A DNA stretch of 58,897 nucleotides, filler included. It is 3 parts of 3 records of this genome, joined end to end, with 100 filler letters (N's around TTAATTAATTAA, not from the genome) between each part and the next. Parts side by side here need not be neighbours in the genome. Positions count along the whole stretch, not along the records: positions 45,786 to 58,897 come from DRR723986_1384; 2 more parts are not named here. One strand, written 5' to 3'. Each line of letters starts with the position of its first letter. Position 1 is the stretch's first letter. The position numbers and the translations under genes are program-made. The notes under the pieces were generated by a model, which was given only the letters and a program-made list of their open reading frames with translations, was not told the origin of the DNA and did not search any database. Positions 49,819-58,897 of this stretch are shown here, piece by piece.

Positions 49819-50756
49819 TCGAAAAACCTGTAATCTATTTCAATCTGCCGGCCCAACTCGGCCAGCAGCGCCAGTTGCTTTTGGATGAATTCGTGCAACC
49901 CATAGTCAAACACCGCCTCGATGCCATGGCTGAGGTAGGTGGTTTCGATATGGTTCACCATACCATACGAGGGCAACCTGGCCCCGTGGCTGGTGCCCAG
50001 ATAGCCCAGGTTTTCGCGCAGCTTTCGCGTGCAAAAGGCCAGGCTGCGGGGCATGCGGCGATCAAGCACAAGAAATTTTGCAATGTCGCGGGGGCCAGCA
50101 TCGGGCCCATATTCCATGCGAAACCCACCCCGCGCCGAGACCGAGCGCAAAATCGTTTCCCATTGCACGTTGTCGATAGACGAGCCCACATGCATCAGCG
50201 ACGGCAGCAGCACATAATATTTCACATCCAATATGCGCGCGGTGTTGTCGGCACGTTCCAAAAACGTGCCAAGGCGGGCAAAATTATAGATATCATTGCG
50301 CAGCATGGTGCCATGGGTGGTGCCGCGCACCAGCGCTGCACCTTGGCGAATTTCACCCAAAACCGCGGGCAAATCGCGCTCGGCCACTTTGCGCGCCAGC
50401 ATGGCACGCAGGCGCATATAGGTGCCGTTCATCGCCTCCCATACCTCGTGGGTCAGGGCGGTGCGCACCATTCGGGCGTTTTGGCGCGCGGCGCCCACCA
50501 TATTTAAAACCGACGAGGGGTTATCACCCGCCCGCAGCATCCAATCGATCGCGGCGTCTTTGGTGACAGCCTCGTGCTGGGCATCATAGCCCTGCGCGCA
50601 GGCCGCTGTTTGCAAAACCGAGCGCCACTGCTCGTCGGATGCGCCCAGCCGCGTCAGCGCAATGCGCTGGCCGGTTTCGATCAACCGAGAGGTGTTTTCG
50701 GCGCGTTCCAGATAGCGATACATCCAAAACAGGCCATTTGCCGTTTTCCCAAGCAT
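49815..50756 (-). CDS. Alpha-E domain protein (DUF403)
   Basis: LFWMYRYLERAENTSR and GTFLERADNTARILDVKY ER motifs; ATG 50756 overlaps the upstream stop (TGATG). Confidence 0.92.
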   Translation of the reverse strand: MLGKTANGLFWMYRYLERAENTSRLIETGQRIALTRLGASDEQWRSVLQTAACAQGYDAQHEAVTKDAAIDWMLRAGDNPSSVLNMVGAARQNARMVRTALTHEVWEAMNGTYMRLRAMLARKVAERDLPAVLGEIRQGAALVRGTTHGTMLRNDIYNFARLGTFLERADNTARILDVKYYVLLPSLMHVGSSIDNVQWETILRSVSARGGFRMEYGPDAGPRDIAKFLVLDRRMPRSLAFCTRKLRENLGYLGTSHGARLPSYGMVNHIETTYLSHGIEAVFDYGLHEFIQKQLALLAELGRQIEIDYRFFE

Positions 50757-52180
50757 CAGTCCTCCAGAACCCAAGTGTCTTTTGTGCCGCCCCCTTGGGA
50801 CGAATTCACCACCAGACTGCCCTTTTTCAGCGCCACCCGCGTCAGCCCGCCGGGCGTAATTTTGATGCCGGCCGGGCTGACCAGCACAAAGGGGCGCAAA
50901 TCTACGTGGCGCGGCGCCAGGCCAGAGCGGGCAAAAATCGGCACGGTCGACAGGCTCAGCGTGGGCTGCGCGATGTAATTGGCCGGGCGCGCCTTTAGTT
51001 TGGCGCGAAAGGCGGCCAGCTCTTTGCGGCTGGCGGCCGGGCCGATCAACATGCCATAGCCGCCCGAGCCATGCACCTCTTTCACCACCAGCTGGTCGAG
51101 ATGTTCAAGCACATAGGCCAGCGCCTGCGGCTCGGCGCAGCGCCATGTGGGCACGTTTTCCAGCAAAGGCCGCTCGCCGGTGTAAAACTCGACAATCTCG
51201 GGCATGTAGGAATAAATCGCCTTGTCATCGGCAATGCCCGTGCCCGGCGCGTTGGCAATGGTAATGCCCCCCGCGCGATAGACATCCATGATACCCGGCA
51301 CACCCAATTGGCTGTCAGGGTTGAAATTCAGCGGGTCTAGAAAATCGTCATCCACCCAGCGGTAGAGCACGTCGATGGGTTTATATCCGGCGGTGGTGCG
51401 CATGGCCACGCGCCCATCGACCACCTGCAGATCATGGCCCTCGACCAGCTCGACCCCCATTTGATCGGCCAGAAAGGCGTGCTCGAAATAGGCCGAATTA
51501 TAAATGCCTGGCGTCAGCACCGCCACCGTGGGCTGGCTGCGCGTGCTTTCTGGCGCGCAGGCTGCCAAGGAATGCAGCAGATCCATCGGATAGGTTTGCA
51601 CCGGCTGCACCGCATTGCGCGAGAATAATTCGGGAAACATCTGCAGCATGGTTTCGCGGTTTTCCAGCATATAGCTGACACCCGAAGGCGTGCGCGCGTT
51701 ATCTTCGAGCACATAAAACTGGTCGGGCCCGGTGCGCACCAAATCGATGCCCACGATATGGGTATACACCCCCCCAGGCGGGCGCAGCCCCAGCATATGG
51801 GGCAAAAACGCCTCGTTTTGGGCAATCATCTCGCGCGGAATGCGGCCAGCCTTGATGATTTCCTGGCCATTATAAATGTCGAACAAAAACGCGTTGATGG
51901 CACGCACGCGCTGCTCGATCCCGCGGCTTAGACGTTGCCATTCGCTGGCGGAAATGATGCGCGGGATAATATCAAAGGGGATCAACCGCTCTTCGGCCTC
52001 GCTGCGGCCATAGACGTTGAAGGTGATGCCGCTGAGGCGAAACAGATCATCGGCCTCGCGCTGTTTGGCGCGCAGGCGCTTTGGATCTTCGCTGTCTAGC
52101 CAGGCATGAAATCGCCCATAGGGCGCGCGCAACTGGCCATCACTGCCCCACATTTCGTCGAAAATTGGTGTTTCGGTCAT
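50756..52180 (-). CDS. Circularly permuted type 2 ATP-grasp protein
   Basis: VLEDNARTPSGVSY, NSAYFEH, GSGGYGM, RHVDLRP, GGLTRVAL...VVNSSQGGGTKDTWV; start set at ATG 52180. Confidence 0.92.
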   Translation of the reverse strand: MTETPIFDEMWGSDGQLRAPYGRFHAWLDSEDPKRLRAKQREADDLFRLSGITFNVYGRSEAEERLIPFDIIPRIISASEWQRLSRGIEQRVRAINAFLFDIYNGQEIIKAGRIPREMIAQNEAFLPHMLGLRPPGGVYTHIVGIDLVRTGPDQFYVLEDNARTPSGVSYMLENRETMLQMFPELFSRNAVQPVQTYPMDLLHSLAACAPESTRSQPTVAVLTPGIYNSAYFEHAFLADQMGVELVEGHDLQVVDGRVAMRTTAGYKPIDVLYRWVDDDFLDPLNFNPDSQLGVPGIMDVYRAGGITIANAPGTGIADDKAIYSYMPEIVEFYTGERPLLENVPTWRCAEPQALAYVLEHLDQLVVKEVHGSGGYGMLIGPAASRKELAAFRAKLKARPANYIAQPTLSLSTVPIFARSGLAPRHVDLRPFVLVSPAGIKITPGGLTRVALKKGSLVVNSSQGGGTKDTWVLED

Positions 52181-52491
52181 CTGCGATGCCTTGGCTGGGG
52201 CCAGAAATGCGGCCAGTGGTCTTGGGGCCGTGGTGGCGGCTAAGGCACAGATTATCCACCGCCGCACCGCCGCCCAGACAGCAGGCATGGGCCTGGCGCA
52301 TGGCCCAAGGCGCACGCACAATTTAAGGGCAGTTGCGCGGCCTGCGCCCAAAATCTAAGCGGGTTAAAGATACGCCACCGGGCGGCATAGGCCACAGCCC
52401 GGCAAAAGCGCTGCGCAGAATCGCCATTTTGGGGTTGCGCCGGGCGGGCAATACGCCAAACCTTGGCGTCAAACAGCAGCACGAGGCCACC

Positions 52492-53484
52492 ATGAGCGAC
52501 AGCTTTTTCCACCCTGTGTCGGGCTTTGATCTGCCGCGCTTTGCCGGCGTTCCCACCTTCATGCGCCTGCCCCATGTGGCGCTAGACAGCCCGCGGCTGA
52601 GCGATGTCGATATCGGCCTGATCGGCGTGCCATGGGACAGCGGCACCACCAACCGCCCCGGCCCCCGGCATGGCCCACGCCAGTTGCGTGATTTATCCAC
52701 CATGATCCGCGCTCAAAATGGCGCCACCGGCCTGCGGCCCTTTGAAATGCTCAACTGCGCAGATCTGGGCGATGTGCCGCCAAACCCTGCCGATATTCTG
52801 GCCAGCATGGAGCGGATCACCGCCTTTTTTGATCAGGTGCTGGCCGCAGGCATCACGCCATTGACCGCCGGCGGCGATCACCTGACCTCGCTGCCCGTGC
52901 TGCGCGCGCTGGCCCGCAAGGCGCCTTTGGGCATGATCCATTTCGACAGCCACACAGACCTTTTCAAAGATTATTTTGGCGGCACCCAATATACCCACGG
53001 CACCCCCTTTCGCCGCGCGGTCGAGGAGGGGCTGCTAGACCCCAGCCGCGTGGTGCAAATCGGCATTCGCGGCACCGCCTATGACAGCGAAGACCGCGAT
53101 TTTGCCCGCGCCGTGGGCATCCGGGTGATTGCGATCGAGGAATATCACGCCCGCGGCCCCGCCGAAGTGATGGCCGAGGCCCGCCAGATTGTGGGCGATG
53201 CGCCCACTTATGTGTCGTACGACATCGATTTTGTCGATCCGGCCTTTGCCCCCGGCACCGGCACCCCCGAGGTGGGGGGGCCAAACTCGTTCGAGGCCCT
53301 GCTGGTGGCGCGGCTTTTAGAGGGGGTGAATATCGTGGGCGCAGATCTGGTCGAGGTATCGCCGCCCTTTGATGCCAGCGGCGGCACCGCGTTTTTGGGC
53401 GTGTCGATCATGTTCGAAATGCTGTGCAATATGGCGCTGGCGCGTCAAAAGCGCGGTGCAGGCACCGCGGATCGCCCGGCCTAG
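52492..53484 (+). CDS. Ureohydrolase 1 (agmatinase/guanidinobutyrase-like)
   Basis: PRFAGVPTFMRLP, GGDH, DSHTD, HGTPF, DIDFVDP, PGTGTPE; GAGG before ATG 52492. Confidence 0.9.
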   Translation: MSDSFFHPVSGFDLPRFAGVPTFMRLPHVALDSPRLSDVDIGLIGVPWDSGTTNRPGPRHGPRQLRDLSTMIRAQNGATGLRPFEMLNCADLGDVPPNPADILASMERITAFFDQVLAAGITPLTAGGDHLTSLPVLRALARKAPLGMIHFDSHTDLFKDYFGGTQYTHGTPFRRAVEEGLLDPSRVVQIGIRGTAYDSEDRDFARAVGIRVIAIEEYHARGPAEVMAEARQIVGDAPTYVSYDIDFVDPAFAPGTGTPEVGGPNSFEALLVARLLEGVNIVGADLVEVSPPFDASGGTAFLGVSIMFEMLCNMALARQKRGAGTADRPA

Positions 53485-53551
53485 GCTGCACAAGATCCCT
53501 TGTGATGCGCCCGCGATCCGATAAAAAGGGTAGCCATCCGCCCTTATCAGA

Positions 53552-54583
53552 TTGCCCGCCAGCATGAGCACGCCCGCCCCATCGGCCCCAAAACCAACGC
53601 TGATCCCCAAAGGCGCCTTTGTCTTTCCAGTCGAGGGCTTTACCGCCACGCGCGCGTTTGGGTTTTTGCTGCTGCCGGAATTCACGCTTTTGGCGTTCAG
53701 CTCGGCCCTAGACCCGTTTCGCATTGCCAACCAGCTGGCACAAAAGCCGCTGTATCGCTGGCAGGTCTATTCCGAAGATGGGGGGCAGGTGCGCTCGTCT
53801 TCCGGGGTGGATGTGATGGTAGATGCCAGCCTGGATCAGATCGACCGCGACACCCATCTTTTCGTCTGTTCGGGCAATCGCGGGGCCGAGGTGGCCACAC
53901 CAAAGGTGATCGCCGCGCTGCGCCGCCATCACCGCTTTGGCGGGCGTTTGGGTGGCATTTGCACCGGCGCCGCCAGCCTGGCGCGCGCCGGGCTGCTGCA
54001 AAACCGCCGCTTTACGCTGCATTGGGAAAACCAGCCCGGGTTTATCGAAACCTTCCCCGATTTGCAGCCCAGCCCCAACAAGTTTGAAATCGACGCCGAT
54101 TTGATGACCTGCGGCGGCGGGGCTGCGGCCACGCAAATGATGCTGTCGCTGATTGCCAGCGATTATGGCTATGATTTTGCTATGGTCGTTTCAGATATGT
54201 GCCTGAATTCGGTGGATATCACGCAAAACGCCAAACAGCGCTCGTCTATCGCGCGGGCCATCAGCTCGCGCAATGGCAAGCTGCTTTTGGTGATGCGGGC
54301 GATGTATGACAACCTGGAAGAGCCGTTATCGATGACCGAGCTGGCACAGGCCTCTGGATTATCGCGGCGCCAGATCGAGCGGCTGTTCATCACCTATCTG
54401 GGCGAAACCCCCGCCAATGTGTATAAAAACATCCGCCTTGATCGCGCCCGCGCGCTGTTTGCCGAAACCGATATGAGCGTGGCCGAAGTGGCCGCCGCCT
54501 GTGGGTTCAGCTCGGCCGATCTGCTGTCGCGCAATTACAAAACGCGCTTTGGTGAAACCCCGCAAGGGCTGCGGCGGCGCTAG
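53552..54583 (+). CDS. GlxA-family AraC transcriptional regulator
   Basis: DPFRIANQ, GGICTGA, TLHWEN, LSRRQIERLF, RFGETP; start 53552 or 53564. Confidence 0.9.
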   Translation: MPASMSTPAPSAPKPTLIPKGAFVFPVEGFTATRAFGFLLLPEFTLLAFSSALDPFRIANQLAQKPLYRWQVYSEDGGQVRSSSGVDVMVDASLDQIDRDTHLFVCSGNRGAEVATPKVIAALRRHHRFGGRLGGICTGAASLARAGLLQNRRFTLHWENQPGFIETFPDLQPSPNKFEIDADLMTCGGGAAATQMMLSLIASDYGYDFAMVVSDMCLNSVDITQNAKQRSSIARAISSRNGKLLLVMRAMYDNLEEPLSMTELAQASGLSRRQIERLFITYLGETPANVYKNIRLDRARALFAETDMSVAEVAAACGFSSADLLSRNYKTRFGETPQGLRRR

Positions 54584-54603
54584 GCGCCAGGCGCTGGCGC
54601 GCC

Positions 54604-55383
54604 CTAGCCCAGCATCGCGGTATCGCCGCACACCGAAATGGCCTGGCCTGTCATGGTGGCGCTGCGGGGGCTGGCCAAAAACGCCACCTGGTCGGCAATT
54701 TGCTGGGGCGTCACATAGTCTTTGATCGCGGTATAGGAAAAGGCCTGCGCCTCGGTTTCGGCAAAGCTGCGCCCCTGGGCCTGGGCGCGGGCCTCTAGCA
54801 CCCGGCGCTGGCGCGCCCCCGCCACAATGCCGGGCAGCACGGCATTTACCCGAATGCCATCGGGGCCCAGTTCTACAGCCATCGATTTGGTTAACCCAAT
54901 CACCCCCCATTTTGCCGCCGCATAGGGGCTGCGCAATTTAAACCCCAGCCGCCCCGCCAGCGAGGATATATTCACAATCGCAGGCGACCGGCCCTGGCGC
55001 AGATACGGCACCGCACGGCCAATGGTGATGAATTGGCTGGTCAGGCACACCGCCAGGCAGCGCTCGATATCGCCCAGATCCAGATCTTCGATCCGCGCTG
55101 TGGGCCCTGCGATACCGGCGTTATTGACCAGGCAATCAATGCCCCCCAGATGCGCCGCGCTGTGATCGATGAAATCACCCAGCGCTGTGGCATCGGCCAC
55201 ATCCACCCGGGCGCCCAAAACGCCCTCGGGCAGGTCGGCCAGCGCATCAGCATCGATATCGCAGGTGGCCACCCGGGCGCCCAGGCTGTGGAACACCTCG
55301 ACAATCTGCCGCCCAATTCCGCCTGCGCCCGCGGTCACAACCACCCGCGCCCCCGCCAGCCCCAGATCGAATGCCCCAGTCAT
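54604..55383 (-). CDS. SDR family oxidoreductase
   Basis: TAGAGGIG, NNAG, YAAAK, GIRVNAVLPG. Confidence 0.92.
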   Translation of the reverse strand: MTGAFDLGLAGARVVVTAGAGGIGRQIVEVFHSLGARVATCDIDADALADLPEGVLGARVDVADATALGDFIDHSAAHLGGIDCLVNNAGIAGPTARIEDLDLGDIERCLAVCLTSQFITIGRAVPYLRQGRSPAIVNISSLAGRLGFKLRSPYAAAKWGVIGLTKSMAVELGPDGIRVNAVLPGIVAGARQRRVLEARAQAQGRSFAETEAQAFSYTAIKDYVTPQQIADQVAFLASPRSATMTGQAISVCGDTAMLG

Positions 55384-55561
55384 TCCAGCCCCCCTGTTGG
55401 TTTTCTATGCCTCAACTCTGGCCCAAAACCCCTGCATCTTGCCAGCGCTTTCCGCACCACAGCCATGCGGTGAAACTACGGCTTGCCAGCCAGGCAAACT
55501 GCGCCATCATGGGCTGGGGCCGGTCTGGCCCACACTGCAGCAGACGCCAGAGGAGAGCCGC

Positions 55562-56494
55562 ATGCCCAGCCCCCGCAAAGTGATTATCACCTGCGCCGTG
55601 ACCGGCGCCATCCATACGCCATCGATGTCGCCGCATCTACCTGTCAGCGCGAGCGAAATCGCCGATGCAGCCATCGGCGCGGCCAAGGCCGGGGCCGCGG
55701 TGGTGCATCTGCATGCGCGCAACCCCGAAGATGGCCGCCCCGACCAGACACCACAGGCGTTTTTGCCCTTTTTGCAAACGATCAAGCAGCGCAGCGATTG
55801 CGTGATCAACATCACCACCGGCGGCGCCCCAACGATGAGCATCGAAGAACGCGTGCGCCCCGCCGCCACCTGGCAGCCCGAGGTTGCCTCGCTGAACATG
55901 GGCTCGATGAATTTTGGGCTGTTTCCCATGCTCAAACGCTTTGACGGCCAGCTGCAGCACCAATGGGAGCGCGACTATATCGGCGATAAATCGATCCTGT
56001 TTCGCAACACCTTTGCCGATATCGAGCATATCCTGACCACCCTTGGCGCCAATGGCACAAGGTTCGAGTTTGAATGCTACGACACGGCGCATCTTTATAA
56101 CCTGAAACATTTCGTTGATGCCGGTCTGGTGCAGGGGCCGCTGTTTATTCAAACCGTTTTCGGGCTGATGGGCGGCATCGGGGCCCATCCAGATGATGTG
56201 ATGCATATGAAACGCACCGCCGACCGGCTGTTTGGCGACAGCTATCGCTGGTCGGTTCTGGGGGCGGGGCGCAACCAATTGCCCATAGCCGCGATGGCCG
56301 CCGCGATGGGGGGCAATGTGCGCGTGGGCCTGGAAGACAGCCTGTGGGCCGGGCCAGGCCAGCTGGCCGCCAGCAATGCACAGCAGGTCACAGCCGTGCG
56401 CCAGATTATCGAAGGGCTGGGGCTGGCCATAGCCACCCCCGACGAGGCCCGCGAGATGCTGGCGCTGAAAGGCGCAGATCGCGTGGCGTTTTAG
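55562..56494 (+). CDS. Beta-keto acid cleavage enzyme (BKACE/DUF849)
   Basis: IITCAVTG, VHLHAR, ASLNMGSMNFG, EFECYD, RVGLED; AGGAGA RBS before ATG 55562. Confidence 0.92.
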   Translation: MPSPRKVIITCAVTGAIHTPSMSPHLPVSASEIADAAIGAAKAGAAVVHLHARNPEDGRPDQTPQAFLPFLQTIKQRSDCVINITTGGAPTMSIEERVRPAATWQPEVASLNMGSMNFGLFPMLKRFDGQLQHQWERDYIGDKSILFRNTFADIEHILTTLGANGTRFEFECYDTAHLYNLKHFVDAGLVQGPLFIQTVFGLMGGIGAHPDDVMHMKRTADRLFGDSYRWSVLGAGRNQLPIAAMAAAMGGNVRVGLEDSLWAGPGQLAASNAQQVTAVRQIIEGLGLAIATPDEAREMLALKGADRVAF

Positions 56495-56539
56495 GCCGCG
56501 GGTGGCGGGCGGGCCCCAGCCCGCCCTGCCCAATTCCGC

Positions 56540-57493
56540 CTAGCTGCGCGCGGCGAAAATGAAGCCCAGGAAGTTTAACAGCACTTGCGCGGCCAAAATG
56601 CTGGTCGACCCTGTGGGATCGTAATCTGGCGCCACCTCGACCAGATCGATGCCCACCACCTCGTGGCGGCGCGCAACCACCTGCAGCATTTCCAGCACAT
56701 CGTAATACAAAAACCCACCATGGCTGGGCGTGCCCGTGCCCGGCGCAATCGAGGGGCAGAATGCATCGATATCGATCGTCACATAGACGCGCGCGCCGCT
56801 GGGAATATTGGCAATCACCCCCTCGGGGCCCAAGGCGCGGGCCTGGCGCACCGACAAAATCGTGGATCCCATAGCGCGGGCATCTTCATAGCCCTCACGC
56901 GCGGTTGAACTGACGTTGCGAATGCCCACCTGCGTCAGCCCCGTAACATAGGGCTTTTCTGCCGCGCGGCGCATCGGGTTGCCATGGCCATAGCGCACGC
57001 CGTGGCGCTCGTCGACGAAATCGAGATGGGCATCGATTTGCAGAATATGGATATCGCCCTGATCGTCAAAGGCGTTGATGCAGGGAATATTGATCGAATG
57101 ATCGCCCCCAATCACCACCGGCAGGGCGCCTGCGGCCAAAATGGCGCGCACGCCTGTCTCGATATTGGCATGGCTGGTTTCGGTATCGGTATGCACGATA
57201 TCGGCATCGCCAATATCGACGATGCGCACGTCGCTGGGCAGATAGGTGGTATCGTCTTCGTGGTCATAGGCACCGGCATGGCCAAAGCTGAACAGCGTCG
57301 ATGCCTCGCGTACACCGCGCGGGCCAAACCGCGCGCCCGCGCGCCATTGCGTGCCAAAATCAAACGGCGCCCCCATAATGGCCACATCGGCATCGATATT
57401 GGCCCAATCTTCAACATAGGGGCGTTTGCCAAATGTAGAAATCCCCACAAATGGCAGGTTTAGCCGCCCGCTTTCATACCCATGCCCTGCCAT
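56540..57493 (-). CDS. Ureohydrolase 2 (agmatinase family)
   Basis: GARFGP, GGDHSI, DAHLD, HGNPM, DIDAF, PGTGTP, DLVEVAP. Confidence 0.9.
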   Translation of the reverse strand: MAGHGYESGRLNLPFVGISTFGKRPYVEDWANIDADVAIMGAPFDFGTQWRAGARFGPRGVREASTLFSFGHAGAYDHEDDTTYLPSDVRIVDIGDADIVHTDTETSHANIETGVRAILAAGALPVVIGGDHSINIPCINAFDDQGDIHILQIDAHLDFVDERHGVRYGHGNPMRRAAEKPYVTGLTQVGIRNVSSTAREGYEDARAMGSTILSVRQARALGPEGVIANIPSGARVYVTIDIDAFCPSIAPGTGTPSHGGFLYYDVLEMLQVVARRHEVVGIDLVEVAPDYDPTGSTSILAAQVLLNFLGFIFAARS

Positions 57494-57560
57494 CGCAGAC
57501 CCCTTTTCTTTGCGTGTGTCAGGCCCCGCAAGCTGCCCCCGGCCGGCCTATGGCGCCAGC

Positions 57561-58631
57561 CTAGGCCGATGTTTGGGGCTGTGCAATATCGCCTGCATCG
57601 CCCGGCCACAGGCCCGCCCCATGCAGCTGCCGCAACAGCCCCGCCTGCCCCTGCACACCCATTTTGGCGTAGATCGTTTTTGAGCAACTGCGCACGGTTT
57701 CCTCGGTCCAGCCCAGCTGGGTTGCGGCCTCTTTCAGGCGCAGCCCATCGCCCAGCTGGGCGGCCAGCCGCGCCTCGCTGCGGCTCAGCCCCAGGGCATC
57801 GGCCAGCCATGCGGTATCAATATCGGCCAGTTTGGGGGGCTGGCGCATCTGCACCATCACCGCGCGCATCCCGCCAAAGGACTGCGCGCGCAACACAAGC
57901 GATGGCTGGCCGGCGCGGGCCAGCACCAGGCCCCGGGGTGGCGCCTGATCGCCCATCAGCGCCGCAATCGCGCGGCGCAACCGCTGGGCCAACAGCGCAT
58001 CAGCAGGTTCAAGCCGCGCGCGCACACGCGGGGGCGGGCCCAAATCGGGCCCCCAATGCGCAAAAGCGCCCGAATGCGCCATAATCGTGCCCACCGCATC
58101 GACCATCAGCCAAGCCACGCCCAGCCCCGCCAGCATACCAGCCTGCGCATCACGCAGGTCTTGGCCTTGGCGCAGGCGGCGCCACTGGCCCAGGGCCTGC
58201 CCCAAAAACGGGGCAAGCGTGCTGAGATGCTGGGCATCGATGCTGCGAAAATCGCGGCTACGCGGCGCACGCGCCAGCGCCAGCACAGCCTCGCCACCCT
58301 GGCCAGGGGCTGCCACCACAGCGGGGCTGGGCAGGCGCGCTTTGATCAGGCGCATCGGCGCAGGGGGGGGCGGCGACACCTCGGTTTGGGCATACACACG
58401 ATCGGGGCGCAGCGGCATCAGGGCCGGCGCATCTGGCAGGTTTATATGGCCCAAGTGCCATGGGGCGGGCTGCGGCCCCTCGGGCAGAAAGATCTGCAGC
58501 GCGGCCCCCTCGGCCTGTGTCTGGCGCGCCAATAGCTGCAAGAATGCGGGCCAGTCTTGGCCCGCGCCACCGCCGGCTGCCGCCGCAAATAAAGCACTTA
58601 TAAGTTGTGATTTGTCATCGAAATACGCCAT
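57561..58631 (-). CDS. LuxR/CsgD-type HTH transcriptional regulator
   Basis: C-terminal GLSRSEARLAAQL..G..LKEAATQLGWTEETVRSCSKTIYAKMG. Confidence 0.78.
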   Translation of the reverse strand: MAYFDDKSQLISALFAAAAGGGAGQDWPAFLQLLARQTQAEGAALQIFLPEGPQPAPWHLGHINLPDAPALMPLRPDRVYAQTEVSPPPPAPMRLIKARLPSPAVVAAPGQGGEAVLALARAPRSRDFRSIDAQHLSTLAPFLGQALGQWRRLRQGQDLRDAQAGMLAGLGVAWLMVDAVGTIMAHSGAFAHWGPDLGPPPRVRARLEPADALLAQRLRRAIAALMGDQAPPRGLVLARAGQPSLVLRAQSFGGMRAVMVQMRQPPKLADIDTAWLADALGLSRSEARLAAQLGDGLRLKEAATQLGWTEETVRSCSKTIYAKMGVQGQAGLLRQLHGAGLWPGDAGDIAQPQTSA

Positions 58632-58723
58632 TTTTTCACTTTACCCCCCATTTGGGGGGTTTTTCCAGCCCAAAGAGGCGATAGGCCCACAAAAACCACA
58701 AACCGCCTTTGAACGAGTAGCCC

Positions 58724-58897
58724 ATGACCGAAACCGCCCTGACCCACCTGCAACGCCTAGAGGCCGAAAGCATCCATATCCTGCGCGAAGTGGTGGCCGA
58801 GGCGGAAAACCCCGTGATGCTGTATTCGGTGGGCAAAGACAGCGCCGTTATGCTGCATCTGGCGCGCAAGGCCTTTTACCCCGCGCCGCCGCCCTTT
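58724..58897 (+). CDS. cysD: Sulfate adenylyltransferase subunit 2 (3' truncated at window edge)
   Basis: Hand translation [58 protein letters not shown]. Confidence 0.93.
   Translation, partial: MTETALTHLQRLEAESIHILREVVAEAENPVMLYSVGKDSAVMLHLARKAFYPAPPPF

Noticed and set aside
57494..57560. Guanidine riboswitch upstream of either ureohydrolase (also 52181-52491)
   Set aside because: I saw no paired ACGR hairpins or other guanidine-riboswitch consensus; Rfam cmscan would settle it.
1..58897. CRISPR arrays, tRNA/rRNA, transposases, prophage or anti-phage defence genes
   Set aside because: None recognised by eye; intergenic gaps are short and show no repeat-spacer periodicity.

Overview
The window is not one locus. 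It holds three unrelated contigs joined by 100-nt N-padded linkers carrying TTAATTAATTAA (20016-20115, 45686-45785). Segment 1 (1-20015) looks gammaproteobacterial, Marinobacter-like by inference. It has the acnA 3' end, three sensor kinases divergent from Hpt-REC-REC-GGDEF/REC-HDOD/REC genes, lysO, an orphan binding protein coupled to a PhnD-like-PAS-GGDEF cyclase, a Na/Pi cotransporter, HD-GYP, tatD, ppk2 and partial dadA. Segment 2 (20116-45685) is alphaproteobacterial, Roseibium/Labrenzia-like by inference. It has mmsA, cydDC-cydABX, a peroxiredoxin, a TRAP transporter, a peptidoglycan-binding/HEXXH protein and an SPFH-DUF697-58 aa microprotein operon. That operon is divergent from a truncated methyltransferase-flavin monooxygenase-NRPS cluster whose first A domain has a beta-alanine-type code. 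Segment 3 (45786-58897) is Rhodobacteraceae-like. It has the 5' part of an Ig-repeat adhesin, the four-gene Anbu operon, two ureohydrolases around a GlxA regulator/SDR/BKACE block, a LuxR-type regulator and the cysD start. No CRISPR array, tRNA, rRNA or transposase was seen. The best candidates for undescribed biology are the SPFH-DUF697-microprotein module with its neighbouring NRPS cluster, and the two c-di-GMP input systems.
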